64,000 nt of DNA from Camelus dromedarius (Eukaryota). The DNA is taken from contig NC_087437.1 in NCBI RefSeq assembly GCF_036321535.1, positions 59,894,001-59,958,000 of the forward strand, read 5' to 3'. Within the stretch, counting starts at the first letter, position 1, and each line of letters begins with the position of its first letter. The position numbers were made by a program, and so were the translations under genes. This document shows, one piece after another, positions 14,107 through 26,560 of the stretch. The notes below the pieces were generated by a model. That model saw only the letters and a program-made list of their open reading frames with translations. It had not been told where the DNA came from and did no database searches.

Positions 14107-14433
14107 TGCTATGCTCTGAATGGTTGTGCCCCTCCAGGTTCAGACGTTGTCACCCAGGAGGTGGGGCCTTCGAGAGGTGCTTAGTCATGAGGGTAGAGCC
14201 CTCGAGTGGGATTAGTTCTGTTATAAATGAGGTTCCTGATGTCTCCCTAACCCTTCCACCCCACGAGGACACAGTGAGAAGTTGGCCATCTGCAGTCTGG
14301 AAGAGGGCCTTTGGCAGAACCCAGCCACTCTGGCACCCACCCTTGGACTTCCAGCCTCCAGAACCGAGAAATGCTATTGTTCATAAGCCACTCAGTCTGT
14401 GGTATGTGGTAACAGCCCGAACAGACTGAGACA
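14107..14433 (+). mobile_element. Solo MaLR LTR (MLT1A-like)
   Basis: Starts TGCTATG, ends AGACA, flanked by a perfect 5-bp TSD CCCTG (14102-14106 and 14434-14438). Internal GGACTTCCAGCCTCCAGAAC and ATAAGCCACTCAGTCTGTGGTA motifs are typical of MLT1. Confidence 0.88.
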
Positions 14434-16031
14434 CCCTGAAATACACCTAGGCAGAAAACTTTTTCAAGCTGGTTCCACTGCCCTCCAATTGGATCCACAG
14501 GCATCACCCCTGCTAAAATGCTGCCCATACCTACTCAGGTCCCATTAGCAGCAGCCACCACTGATTTGCCACCTGTCATGTGCCGGGGCCCTGGTGTGGC
14601 CTCACTTTTGTCTCACAGCCACCCTGGTAAAGTCATGAATGAGGGACCAGAGGTGTTACACCTAGGGCCACACTGTTTCCAAATGTCACTGATGGTGTTT
14701 GAGCCCAGGTCTGGGGAGCCAAGCCATGTGCTCCTGCCCTGGGGCCTCTCCTTTGGCAGGCCCAGGACAGACTCTGCTGGTGGCAGGAAGGATGGTGACC
14801 CCAGCAAGGACAGGAAGAGGAGGCGCCGCGGGAGAACTGTGTGCGCCCAGGCCACCAGACCAGTGCAGGGCAACAGAGGCCAGCCTCCCGGACACAAGGT
14901 CCCACCAGCAGGAGGATCACTTAATCAGGGCTGCTTAGCAGTAATTACCCCGATAAATAAAACAAATGGCTTTAATTTAAAAGACATTAACAGCAGGCTT
15001 TGTGACAGGGCCTGGCTCAGCTGCTCAGAACAGGCACCTGAAACAGGGCTGGGAGCACACAGAGCTGCTCTGGGGTCCAGGCCTGACCACCCAGACTGGC
15101 CCTCCTGACCAACCCTGAGCAACCCACTGGCCAGTGTGAGTGGCCTCAAGGCCAAAGGCAAGAGCCCTGGACCGGGAACCTGCTAGGTACCGTGAGAGCC
15201 TGCGGACTGCAGGAGGGGCACAAGGCCTCCCTTTGAGCATCTCCAGCCAAGGACAGACTAGGGAAGCTGCCACTGACCACTGTGGTGTGGCCATGAGGTA
15301 GGGTGAAGCCCATTCAACAGCTGAGGATGTGAAGGCTCCAGGTAGTTAGGCGACAAGGCTATAGTCACGACACGGCCTGCCAGAACTAGCATCCAGGTCA
15401 CCGCACCCTCGCCACGATGCCTGCCTCCCACCCAACTTCCCACCAAGAGCCAGGATACGTGGGGTCGCGGAGAAATCCTGACACTCTGGAGAGCTGGTGT
15501 GGGTGAGAGGGGCCGCACTTTCATGCAGCTCGGAGAGACAAATTTCCCTTGCTAAGCAGAAGTCTGCGTCCCTTCACCTGGAGGGCACATGCTAGGTGTG
15601 ACGGGGACCCCAGGCTGAGGAAAGGATGCGCCCTGGGGGGCCCATGGGCAGCGCCCAGCTGGTGTCATAGGACAGGAACCAAGGAGAGGCGAGGTGGCTC
15701 AGGTTGTGCAGACACATCCCACCCCCTATCCACACTCTCCCCTCTGTGCTGCACGAAAGCACTTCTCCATCCAGGATCCAGCTTGTTTTCCATCAACCTT
15801 TTTCAAAGGGCCTCATCAAAGCAGGTTTACACCGGGCACAGGAGGGAAATTACAGCCCATAATCACCAGGCACCTTCCCTTTCATTTCAGTCTTCCTTTC
15901 TAAAACACGGGGATAGAGGGGGCACTCGTGGAGAAAGGGACAAAAACAGATCTACCTTCGTCCCAGGCTTCGGTGATGGGAGATGCAGCGCAGGGCGGGC
16001 TCCGGGGTTCGGCCAAGCAACCGCGGTGCAG

Positions 16032-16050
16032 CGGCGCCCTCCAGTGGCCA
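16032..16050 (-). promoter_or_regulatory. Candidate CTCF binding site
   Basis: TGGCCACTGGAGGGCGCCG, a close match to the CTCF core consensus, inside a locally CpG-rich patch. Confidence 0.6.
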
Positions 16051-17265
16051 CGAGGAGCGCCACACACACGACTCAACCAGCAGGGAAGTGACCCTGAGAG
16101 CAAGGCAAGCTCTCCTACTGGATCTCAGGGAGGATGCGGTGACCCACAAGGAGGCCGGAGGTCCAGGGTGGGCTGCACTCCTGCAGTTCCTCCTCCTCGT
16201 TCTCCAGACCTCGGAGGCCCACACGCTAACTCTAGCCCTGGAGCTCCCTCCAGCGCACACCCCCAAGCAGAGGACAAACAACATGGTTTCCCTCGGAAGA
16301 ATACAGCTCCCCAATACTAACTCCCTGCTCCATCTCAGGCACTGGACAGCTGAAAATCAGCCCCGAGGGACTGGCAGAGGGTCAGCCCCCTGGAGGTCAG
16401 GGCCATGCCTCTCCTTCCCTTCCCAACCAGAGAGATCCTTGGGGACACAAAGAGTAAGGCTCCACCGGCATGGGTGAAAATGACCCTGCATCCTGCCCAC
16501 TGTGCTGTGAGAGTTAGGGTGAGCTGGCTCTCAATCTACCCTTCCAAAAGCGCCAGAGGCTGCTGCAAACACTGACACTCAAATTGAAGAGGGAAGAGCC
16601 TGGGCTGGTTCTAACCCCAGCTCTGTGTGTGGCACTGAATAAATCACTGCCCTTCCTCCAGGGCCTATCAGGTCACTGGGAGGATGCAGCACCAGAGGGT
16701 CAGAGTTCCTTCCTGGCCCCAATGTGTGGTGATCCTGCAAGGCTCTGCAAAGCTGTGGCAGCAGCAAGCACAGACTGAGGGTATTTATCCAGACTGAATG
16801 TATGTATTTCAGGCATCTGGGCAGGAGGATGGTACAGAATGCAAGGTGGGCTACTGCCTACCCCTCAGTGGCTCCCTGTCTTGCCCTGCCTCCTACTCCC
16901 CAGAGCATGTTACACAGTCCAGCCCCCATGGCTCAGTGTAGGAACTCAAGACATTTATAGACTTATAAGACATTATACATTTATAGGCTCTGAAGTGCCG
17001 AACAAATGATGTTACTATTCTCCTAATCAAGTCTTCATACTAGTAACACCTCCCCATTGATTTTAGGCTTAACATTACTGTACACATCAAAAATTTCCAA
17101 ACCATGTTCTTCAGCATACAAGCATTTTCAGAGATGTCACAACATCTTTCAGGATGGGGAGGGGAGAGTCAAGATACTGGTTTTTCTTGTAAAATGCATT
17201 TTGGTTAATATGTAAGAAAATACCAAATACATTTATTCGGCTGTCCTTAAAAATATGTAATGATC

Positions 17266-17995
17266 CATCATTAGTCACTAGGGAAATGCACATCAAAACC
17301 ACAATGAGATGCTACCTCGTACCCACTAGGATGGCTATAATCAAAAAGACAGACAGCAACAGGTGCTGGCAAGGATCGAAACCCTCACACACTGCTGATG
17401 GGAATGTAAAATAATATGGCTACTTCGGAAAACAGACTGGCAGTTCCTCAAAGACTTAAACAGTTACCATGTGACCAGCCACTCCGCTCCTAGGTATATC
17501 CCCAAGAGATCTGAAAACATATAACCACACAAAAACTTGTAACTGCATGTTCACAGCAAATTATTCATAATAGCCCAAAAGTGGAAATGCAAATGTCTAT
17601 CAACTAATGAATGAATGAAAATGTGGTATAGCCATACAATGGCATGTTATTCAAGCATAGAAAGGCATGAAGTACTGGCACAGGCTACAACATGAACCTT
17701 AAAAACATGACGCTAAGTGAAAGAAGCCAGACACAAAAGATCCATTTATATGAAATGTTCAAAACAGGTAAATTGATAGAGATGCAAGCAGGTTAGTAGT
17801 TGCCAACGCTGAGAGGAAAGGGGGAAGGGGGAGTGACTGCTGATGAGTACGGAGTTTCTTTTGAGGGTGATAAAATGTTAGTGGTTATAATTGAACCACC
17901 CTGTGAATATATTAAAACCCACAGAATCGTATATTTTAAAAAGATGAATTTCATGAAATGTGAATTATATCTTGGATGTTTTTAATTTTTAAAAA
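17266..17995 (+). mobile_element. L1 (L1MB-like) fragment: end of ORF2 and 3' UTR
   Basis: Diagnostic L1 text GGGAAATGCACATCAAAACCACAATGAGAT...GGGAATGTAAA...CTAAGTGAAAGAAGCCAGACACAAAAG; AT-rich island in a GC-rich intron. Confidence 0.85.
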
Positions 17996-19459
17996 ATGCG
18001 GTTATCTGTTTTTCAAAAATGGCCAACAGGAACAGAGAACAGTCAGGAAATCATGAAGAATGGCTGGTCCCCAAAGCTGGAACATTTCCTCCATGCACTG
18101 AACCCCCACAGCATTTGTATATTACCCAGGTATCAGTGTATTTCATCTATATGATGACCGCTGGCCTTATGGTATGGGCTTTGGTTTATAATTTCAACAC
18201 ATACCTGTGAAATTTTCCAGAAGTACTGAACATGATACAATAATACTGTACAAAGTTCTTCCCTACTGATCCATGACTAAAGTTTTCCATGAGAAACTTG
18301 CACTGCTACATGAACTACCACAGGTTTTTCATGAACACATAATAATTTTAAAAAGCTCCATTACGTTTAGTAAAATAGCACTGCTCTCTCAATTCTGTAG
18401 AATAAAATGTCAGTCGATTTTTTCAAAGAGCCTCTCACTTCAGGACACGGTTCCTTGAGCCCCTCTTTCCCAGACTGTCACAACTTAGTCAAGCTTCCTC
18501 TGGTCCAGGTACCTGCTGCTGTGCCAAGCTGGGGAATCCGTATTTCAGGGCCCCCTGTTTGTCATGAGCTTCATCAATGAGCAGCCAGCATCCAGGTCTT
18601 CACCCTCAGGCTTCTTTTCAGCCCCAACTCTCAGCTGAGGGACTCATTTTTTCAAAGCCACTCACAGTGTTGCTCTTGAGTAAAAGAAACTCTGGAAATT
18701 CCCCGAGGCATGCAAAGAGCTTTAACATCTGTCTCGTCCCTCCCAGTCCTCAGCACAAGCTCCTCCTGGAATCCAACTGTCACTTTTAAGTGTGGAATGC
18801 ACACGGCCTCCTTATTCCTAACTTGTCATCCGGAGATGACATCCTAGCCTCGAGCTCCAAGAAGGTTGAAGTTTGATGTCCAAGCAGCAGATCACCGAGA
18901 ACTCTGCTAGGATTTCTTGGGTTTAATTAATATAGCTATCAGTCAGTTGACTATAAAATATTACTGAGAGCCAGGAACTGTATTAAAAATATGATCATGA
19001 TGGAGGAAGAGGGAACACCCGTTTCTACTGCTTCGTGCCATCTCTATGGAGGAGGCCCCGCTAGACCAGCACTCCCTGCCTTCTGCCCCACCCCCTTCCC
19101 CAGCCTGCACACACCACCTCCCTTAGGGCAAGAGGAGAAACTGATGTGATGGGTGAGTCTGGGAGGCAAGAATGTCCCGGTCCCTCTTCTATCCCCTGGC
19201 ATCAGCCTCTGAGAGCCTGCCTCTCCCTGCAGGGCAGCCAGCAACCGTCCAGAGGTGCCTGTCCCTCCTGAAGTCTCTCTGGTCTGCACTCCAGGTTGGC
19301 AAGCGCCTGCCCCTGTGTCTGTCGCTCCCAACTCAGGCCAGAAACAGGGGTGGCACTTATGGGGTGCCTGTAACGCCCTGCCCTTGTGCAGGTGATGCTC
19401 TATATAGGGAGGGGCAGAATGCAAACTAGGAAATAGGATGTCAACTTTCGCAAACTTGC

Positions 19460-19810
19460 TTCTCCATGTCCTAATAGCTCACTCTCTTGCTTCCTTCAGC
19501 CTCTGCTCAGATGTCACCTTGTCCGCGGTGCCTTCCCTGACCACCTATACAAGACAGCCGCACACAAACACTCCCTATGTCCTTATTCAGTTTTCATTTT
19601 CTCCATACAACAGATCACGATCTGACTCACTCTCCATGGACCTGTTTGTTTAGTCCACCTCCCATACCCGCCCACAACCCCGGAATGTAAGCTCCATGAG
19701 GGCTGGGACCTGGTTCTGTTCCCACTGCTTGCGGGCACCTAGGACAGTGTCTGGCACAGGCTGAGCCCTCAATCACTTCTGCTGCCTCTATGAACAAACT
19801 AACAGATACA
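19460..19810 (+). mobile_element. L2 3' end fragment
   Basis: CTCTGCTCAGATGTCACCT...GAATGTAAGCTCCATGAGGGC...CCTAGGACAGTGTCTGGCACAG. Confidence 0.7.
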
Positions 19811-21254
19811 TGCTATGAACAAGGTGACAGGGAAGACAAGGGCGGGGTGGCGGCTGCTTCAGGAAATGGGTTCAGGGAAGGCCTTTCTGGGTGGTGAGCT
19901 GAGTGACTGCACAGTGGCAGCACAAGAAGCAACACTGCTGTACCCTGAGGGTGTCCTCACAGTGCTGGGTGAGCCCACCAGGCCTCTGCAGGGGGCTGGC
20001 CACACCACAAAGGAAGGAGGAGACAGCTGCAGGGCCCCATGAGTGCTGACTCAGAGCTGTGCTGAGACTGGACACACGACAGCAGACAGCAGCACCAGGC
20101 TACCTGCATTACAGCCGGGCAGACTGACTCCTCGCCGCCCGGTGTGAGGTGGGTGTTTAATCCTCATTTTAGAGGCCTCAGAGGCCCTGAGAAGTGAAAG
20201 GCATTACTCACTGTCACCCAGTCAGAAACTGGCCAACTGGGGTTTAAACTCAGTGCTGTCTCCCTCAGGACCATCTCATGCCCAACTCACTGGGTTTAGC
20301 AACAAGACAGGATGTACGTGGGTGTGATGCTGACATGGGTTCCTGGTAGCAGGGGCTGTGCCTGCCCCATGTCTGTGTCCCTGCAGGTGTGAATTCAGGG
20401 TCCCACACACAGCGGGTGCTTGGTCATTCGTGGGGCTCCAGCATGCATGGTGGGCCCCTGGGGGGTGGGCAGAGATGAGGGGTTGCCTACCCCACAACCT
20501 GCTCTCCTCTCCTTGTTAACTGAACCCCTATTTTTAACTGGGTACACTGCTTTGGTTCTTCCCCCATTCTGCTGCTGCGATACAGATATGTTGGCTAAAG
20601 CTCCAGCAGCCTCCTGGCCCATGAGAACAAGGGCCGCTCCATAAGGGTGGTGCAACAGAGCTGGAAGGGCCTAGGACCCTGATGACAGCCCAGGAATGCC
20701 TACCTCTGGGCTCCATTTAGATAAGAAATAGAGCTCCAGCTTGCTGAAGCTCCCACTATTTGGAGTTCCCACGGCATATTCTATCTGACTTAATACAGCA
20801 AGGAAGCCTGGGGAAGAGACAAGTCTGGACCCGAGGCTTAGAAGTGTGGAATTCCACTTGACAGACGGAATGAAACAACAGATGGCTCAGAAGCAAAGCA
20901 AGCAAAGCTCCATGAGAAGGGACAGCTTCTCCTGCAGCTGAGAGGGGAAAGGCTGGGCAAGGAAGCTGAAGCCAGCTGCTGCGAGGCTAAGATGTTGGAA
21001 TGACCTGGGATGACAGTGAGCCAGGAGGTTGTGAATGGAAGTGATGTGATAAAAGCATCATTTATCAAGATGAAGGCCAGCAGAGAACCAGGATGAAAGT
21101 CAAAATGTTTCCTAAAGGCCTACTATGTGCCAGGCATTGTGCCCAGAGGGAGGGCTGCACAGTGAAGAGGATGCCTGAGCTGGGTCTGAAAAGGGTTAGG
21201 AGAGCACCAGGCCCTCCTGTATCCCCTACAGCAGGGACCCCGACACCTGCCGCC

Positions 21255-21395
21255 ACAGCCCCATACAAATTCAGATTCCCAAGCCCTATCAGGAGATTCT
21301 GATCCACAGGCTGGGGCAGGGTCCAGGTTCTATATTTTTAATAATTCTGTATTTTTAATCTCCCCAGGAGATTCTCTGGTCCATAAACTAGAAGC
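21255..21395. mobile_element. MER5-like fragment
   Basis: AAATTCAGATTCCCAAGCCC...GATTCTGATCCACAGGCTGGGGCAGGGTCCAGG...CTCCCCAGGAGATTCT. Confidence 0.55.
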
Positions 21396-24300
21396 AGCTC
21401 CCAATCTGTTACCTCCAACATAACAGGTTTGGATGTTTACTAAATAAGTGAACAAATAATTTATTTCCATACTGTTAGGAGATAACAAACCCTGAGATTT
21501 GGAAAGACTTTCAAAAATAATCAAAACAAGATTTTTCTGGTTAAGTGAATGGCATTTTAGCTAGTATTTAATTAACCAAAATGTGATCTAAAGTGACTAG
21601 TAATGTTCTAAGATCGATTTCTGCAACCATTTCAGCTCAACCATTTCTGTGTCACTTGAAAATGGCCTGAGAAGAGACCTCTGAATGTGAGCACGGGTCG
21701 TGGGCCGGCTCACTGCAGCCCTGCCCTGCATCGTGCAGACGTGGCGGAGTCCCAGCTCCCACCAAGGGAGGAAGAGCTCCCCGGCTGTCTCCACAGCTAG
21801 GTGGGCAAGAAGCTGCTTCTTCCCAAAGTGTTCTAACACAACTTAAAGCAACTCTCCCTGGGAGTGAAATGTCCTCTTACTTTATCTTACAAGAGAGAAG
21901 TGCTCCTTAAAGGTGAAACATGGTACAAAGGGAAAAACATTGGCCTAGAACTTGGGAGTAGCCCCTGCCAGGTCAACAACTCTCCAAGTGACCTTTGGCA
22001 AGTGTCCTCACTTGTGATGCTAAATGTTCTTCAGGATCCCTTCCAGCTCTAATGCAACCAGGGTGAGAATTTCTAGTTTCCTTCTTCCTAATTAACACTG
22101 AAAAAATAATTCTCAGTAGAAGACACACTCCCATATGTTAAGACAGGATGTTCAGTGCTGGGGATATAACATTTAAGAGAAGTCAGGGTCCAACCTCTTA
22201 AAGAATTTACAGTCTAGTGAGGTAGACAAATAAGTCATTCAATAATTACATAATGACAACTGTGAGAAATGTTACTAAGGAAAAGTACTAAGGATAAGAA
22301 GGGCTTAGGAAAGGTTTGCCAAGGAGATAACATTTAGGCTGAGACCTGAGAGCAGAGCACCAGTTAAGGGGGGGCAGCGGGGCTGGGAGGTCCTCCAGGC
22401 AGAGGGAAAGGCACGTGTGAAGTGGGACGGAAGAAGCACTCCTTTCAGGAATATTCCAGACCTGAGGAAGAATTAAATGACAAACACAATGAGGCAAATC
22501 TTTCACGACTACACATTTAAATTTTAAAAAGAGCACCTTTGTCACAAACAGAAAACAGATTCACAAAAAATAATTCAAAAGGAACAGGAGCAATTTTAGC
22601 TAGAACTGATAAACCCTTATCTGAACACAGCTACCTGGCTAGAAGCCCCTAGACCCTCATTCCTCAGGCCTCCACAAGGATGGTGCCAATTCCCTCCAGT
22701 CATCTGCAGCTGCTCAGGCCCGGATGATGGCTAAGGTCGGAAGGGAGTCAGAGTATGAAACACAGGCTTCAACCAAGAAGGGAACTTGGCCCTGAAACTG
22801 GACCTGTCCTGGACCAGTATTTCTGGTGCCGACTGTGTGCCAGGCATAGGGATGGGAGATAAGATGTCATATAATCACAGCACCAGGGAGGTACACGAGG
22901 AAGAGGAAGATGTGCCTTTCAGACGGTGGGTCCTTGAATGGCTCCAGCAAGTGAATGGTATCTAAAGATGGGCAAGACTTGGTGATGGAGAGAGAAAGGG
23001 TATCCTGACAGTGGAACAACAGAGAAGTCCCGGGTGTACAACCAGGCCCCATGGCTGGAGCCCTGGCAATGGGGTAGGGTAGGCTCGAGTTGTGACCTCT
23101 GACTCAGAAAGTGAAGAGATGACAATGCTGTTCTTCAAGGTGGCGTCTGTAGAGCCAGACAAATACCAGCTCCTGTCCAGACTGGCCCAATCATCAGGGG
23201 CCCTTGGTTTTCTCCCTTGGACGAGCAGAGAATTTCTCAGAGTACTAAGGACCAGCTGGAACAGGTTGCCAGGCCCCACTTCCAGAGATTCCAATCAGGG
23301 CAATTGGGCTGGAAAACCCCAGGTCAGACAGTGGGTCCCAGGGGCCCCCTCCAGCCACAAGCTCCAGGGCCTGGATTCCTGGCCTCCTACACTATGGAGT
23401 CCAGGCCCAGGTGCCCCTCCCTGACTATGGTGGCTGGTCCTGATGGGCTCATTTATTCTGGGCAGGGGACAGACTTGATGTTATGGGGAGAAGCTGGAAT
23501 GAAAAAGGCTGGGCACAGACTGTCCCCAAGTCTAGGGACATTCCTGGGGGAAAGTGAAAAATAAGCAGAGAGAGGCTAAGGGCCCAGGAGGGAAAGAAGG
23601 ACATTCTAGGCGGAGAGTGTATCTTGGGTAAAGGCACATTCGGTACAGGTAGGATCTAAGGTGCACACAGAGGAAGGACAAGAAGGTAGGTTGGAGAGGA
23701 GAGCCAGGCAGACAGCCCTACCAAGAAATTAGAGCTTGATTCTGTAGACAATGAGCAACAAACCCCTGAACCCTGCAGGATACTGGCATCAGCTCCCCTT
23801 AGTCACCCACTGGGCACAAACACATGGAACACCACTCTTGCTTCACCACCCCTCCCCCCACCATCAGTCTCCATCCTCTAGGATCACCTGCTATTTCTAT
23901 CACCTTGGATCCCCTCTGTGCAACTGTTAGGTCAGAAGGAGGCAACTAATTTGACTGAGGCAATTAACACTAGGCTAGGAACCCAATCTCTGACAAGCAG
24001 AGTCAGGTGGTGAAGTGAGATAATGGGGAGGCAGGTTGCTTGCACCTGGGACAAGGTAGCTAGCTCTGCTCAGCAATGCTCTCCCCAGATCTGATCTGTA
24101 CCTCTTGGAGCTCTCTCTTCCTCCCTGGAACTCGCTGCTTCTCTAAATGGGTTCATGACCCTTGAGGGTAGCAGAGAAGAGGGGCACAGAGAGGAGATGA
24201 GATGGTTCACACTGGCTGGGTTTGACCAGTTGTGACTGAAATACCTTAAAGCTATGAGAAATGTCACTGTAACTTCAACAATTCAAGCGGCCTAAGACCA

Positions 24301-24479
24301 GGTCCAGCAGTCTGCACAGGAAGAATATTGCTGCCTTCAAATGAGCTGCTCCATCCTCAAAAGTCCAAGACAGAGGAGAATAAAAAGAGAAGCAGACTCA
24401 AGGCACTCGCTGCTGACTCGTGCAACGCTAGCAAGGAGGGGGCGTGCCAATTCTCAAGGAGGGCCGCAGTTAAAGGGGG

Positions 24480-25620
24480 ACACCGGGCCAGAGTGGTCAG
24501 CTAACACCGAGGCTTCCGGACACGACCCAGGACGATGCCTCCAGCGTGCTGTGAACGCACACTTGGGGCGAAGGGAAGAGGTGTTGAGGGGCTAGGTTCC
24601 TAATGGAGTTGGCAGCGGCCAGCGCAACCAAGACACTCCCCTCCCGACCCCTGGGAGCCTGGCAAGGCGCGCCGGATGCGCGCACTGACCGAGCCACACG
24701 CCCCCTGGATTCCCCAGCTGCGGCCCCGCTCACCTTGCACTTGAAGCCGGCGGCGGGAGGCAGCAGCTCCCGCAGGAGGGCCTTGGCCACCTCGCGGCTG
24801 GACTCCTCGCTCACAAAGTGCAGGTTAAGCACCTCGTGCGTCTCGAACTTAGCAAGGCGCAGCAGGGAGCGGAGCGCGACGCGGGCCTTGGCCTGCAGAG
24901 CAGAATTGTGTTCCGCCTTGGTGAACATCATCAGCAGGTGGTAGTCCACCGGCCCGGCCCCGCCGCCCTCCAGGCTCTTAGCCTTGGCGCCCAGTGCCGG
25001 CGCCACCGACCCCCGCGCCAGCTCCGGCACCGGCGGCGAGGGCGCGGCGGGGACCCCGGCTCGGGCTTCCTTCAGCCTCTTGGTGGCGCTGGAGAAGGTC
25101 TCCCGGCCCGAGCCGAGGTAGTAAAAAGCACAGACGGCAAGCGCCGCGGCCAGAAACAGCGCGCAGTAGTGAGAGCGCACAGCGCCCAAGCGCGCCATGG
25201 CCCGAACGCATGGGGGCCCGCCTCGGAGGTGACCCATGCACCGCCGGCCGAAGGACCCAGCAGCCACAGAGCCGCAGCGGAGATCTGTACCCCGGCAGCC
25301 ACTTAGTAGCCTCGGCGGCGGGCGGTGAGCAGCGGCCATGGCGGAGGCGGAGCCGCGCTGCCGAGAGCCAATCCGAGGGCTCTGATGCGCGGAGAGGCGG
25401 GGCTTAGGGCTGCCCGGCAGCCGCTGGGTCCTAAGCTCAGAAGGATTACAGCCAGCATGGGCCGCGTGGTCCGAGGAGCAGTGAGGACTCGGACATAGAG
25501 GCCAGCTGGCTGTACCGTCTGTGAAAAATGGTGCTCTTAAGTACCCATCGCCAGACGCTAGAAACCGAAGCTGCGCCTTCAGCTAGCAAAAAGACTAGAC
25601 CGGACGCACGAAGAGAAAAA
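24480..25620. promoter_or_regulatory. CpG island / XXYLT1 promoter with CCAAT box and GC box
   Basis: Very GC- and CpG-dense compared with the flanks. CCAAT at 25368-25372 and Sp1-type GAGGCGGGGC at 25394-25403 lie just upstream of the coding start. No TATA box seen. Confidence 0.88.
24734..25237 (-). CDS. XXYLT1: XXYLT1 (xyloside xylosyltransferase 1) coding exon 1: cytoplasmic tail, TM helix, stem and start of the GT8 domain
   Basis: Translates MGHLRGGPPCVRAMARLGAVRSHYCALFLAAALAVCAFYYLGSGRETFSSATKRLKEAR...YHLLMMFTKAEHN...LLPPAAGFKCK, recognisable as mammalian XXYLT1. 504 nt, ending at donor AAG|GTGAGC (phase 0). It lies next to ACAP2, as in other mammals. Confidence 0.96.
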
Positions 25621-26394
25621 TTTTCTCTTGATAACTTCTCGCCTCTAATTTCTTGAAGGCTCCTTTCACACCTTGGATACTAGCTGGGGCTATAGAGTTT
25701 AAACTAGCAACTCCTTCCCCATTCACGGTGAAGTAGGAATGACACCCGATGTGTAAACTGCCTGCTCGCCTCAGTGGGCAGCTCTAATGGCCAACCAGAG
25801 ACTGTCTAAAGCAGCCACCACGGGGGGCCGGCTGCCCAAAACTTCTGGCAGTGAAGAACTTCCCAGGGTAGTAATGCCAGGGATTGTGATACTCTGATAA
25901 ACAACAGCAACAAACACTTTAACACTTTTAAAGAGGCTTAATAGGTATCAGGTAGTCTTGCAAATTCTTAACTGCGGCACAACTGAGTTCAATTGCCCCA
26001 AGTCACACAGTGGCAGGTTTGAACGCTGCCAACTACATAAAAACTCATTAACTGAAATCTTCTGAGGACTGACGACATACTACAGTCTTAAATAAACATG
26101 TAGAAGTGGTCTGCTTGCTTACTGGAGGTGCAGGTGACAATGCAGAACTAATGTACTCATGAGTTCTCTCTCACCCGCTTACTGTACCATGCCATTATTT
26201 GTCAAAGTGTGTTTCCCAAAACCACAATTCATCTCATTTTTAACTCTTGTTCATTTCAACTGGAGTAACACTTCTCTGAAAAATACTGGACCTCTGGAGC
26301 AGGCTTGGCAACAAGTTCAATACATACTACTCACTTTGAGAGGGAAAAAAACCAATAGCAGAATTAACTCACTTGAGTAACAGGATCTTACTTT

Positions 26395-26560
26395 AGTTCA
26401 TTTAATCCTCACAACTCTGAGGGATAGAAGTATTACTTGCACCGTACAATTGAGGAAATGGAGATTTAGAGAAGTAAGTTGCCCAAATCCAGCTGGCTGG
26501 TAATAACGGAGTCAGGATCCCAACTCAAATCTTACCACTTCCAAAGACCAAGCTTTTAGC
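26395..26560 (-). mobile_element. MIR
   Basis: CATTTAATCCTCACAAC...TGAGGAAATGGAGATTTAGAGAAGT..GTTGCCCAA. Confidence 0.65.

Larger units (their letters stand above)
1..24733 (-). other. XXYLT1: XXYLT1 intron 1 (partial; exon 2 lies beyond the window)
   Basis: Follows the exon-1 donor. The expected exon-2 peptide (VIFHDVAVLTDKLFP...) appears neither in the ORF track nor in my reading. The region is rich in old repeats. Confidence 0.8.

Noticed and set aside
47..24400. Dense overlapping ORFs on both strands
   Set aside because: Stop-poor GC-rich sequence; no protein family recognised and no consistent exon chain
24497..24733. C-terminal continuation of the 280-aa ORF (VSGAAAGESR...)
   Set aside because: It lies past the strong AAG|GTGAGC donor, where similarity to XXYLT1 ends; intronic
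24603..25407. Plus-strand ORFs across the CpG island
   Set aside because: Antisense shadows of the GC-rich XXYLT1 coding exon
25813..25832. CTCF-like CCACCACGGGGGGCC upstream of the XXYLT1 promoter
   Set aside because: Spacing departs from the consensus core; too weak to call without data
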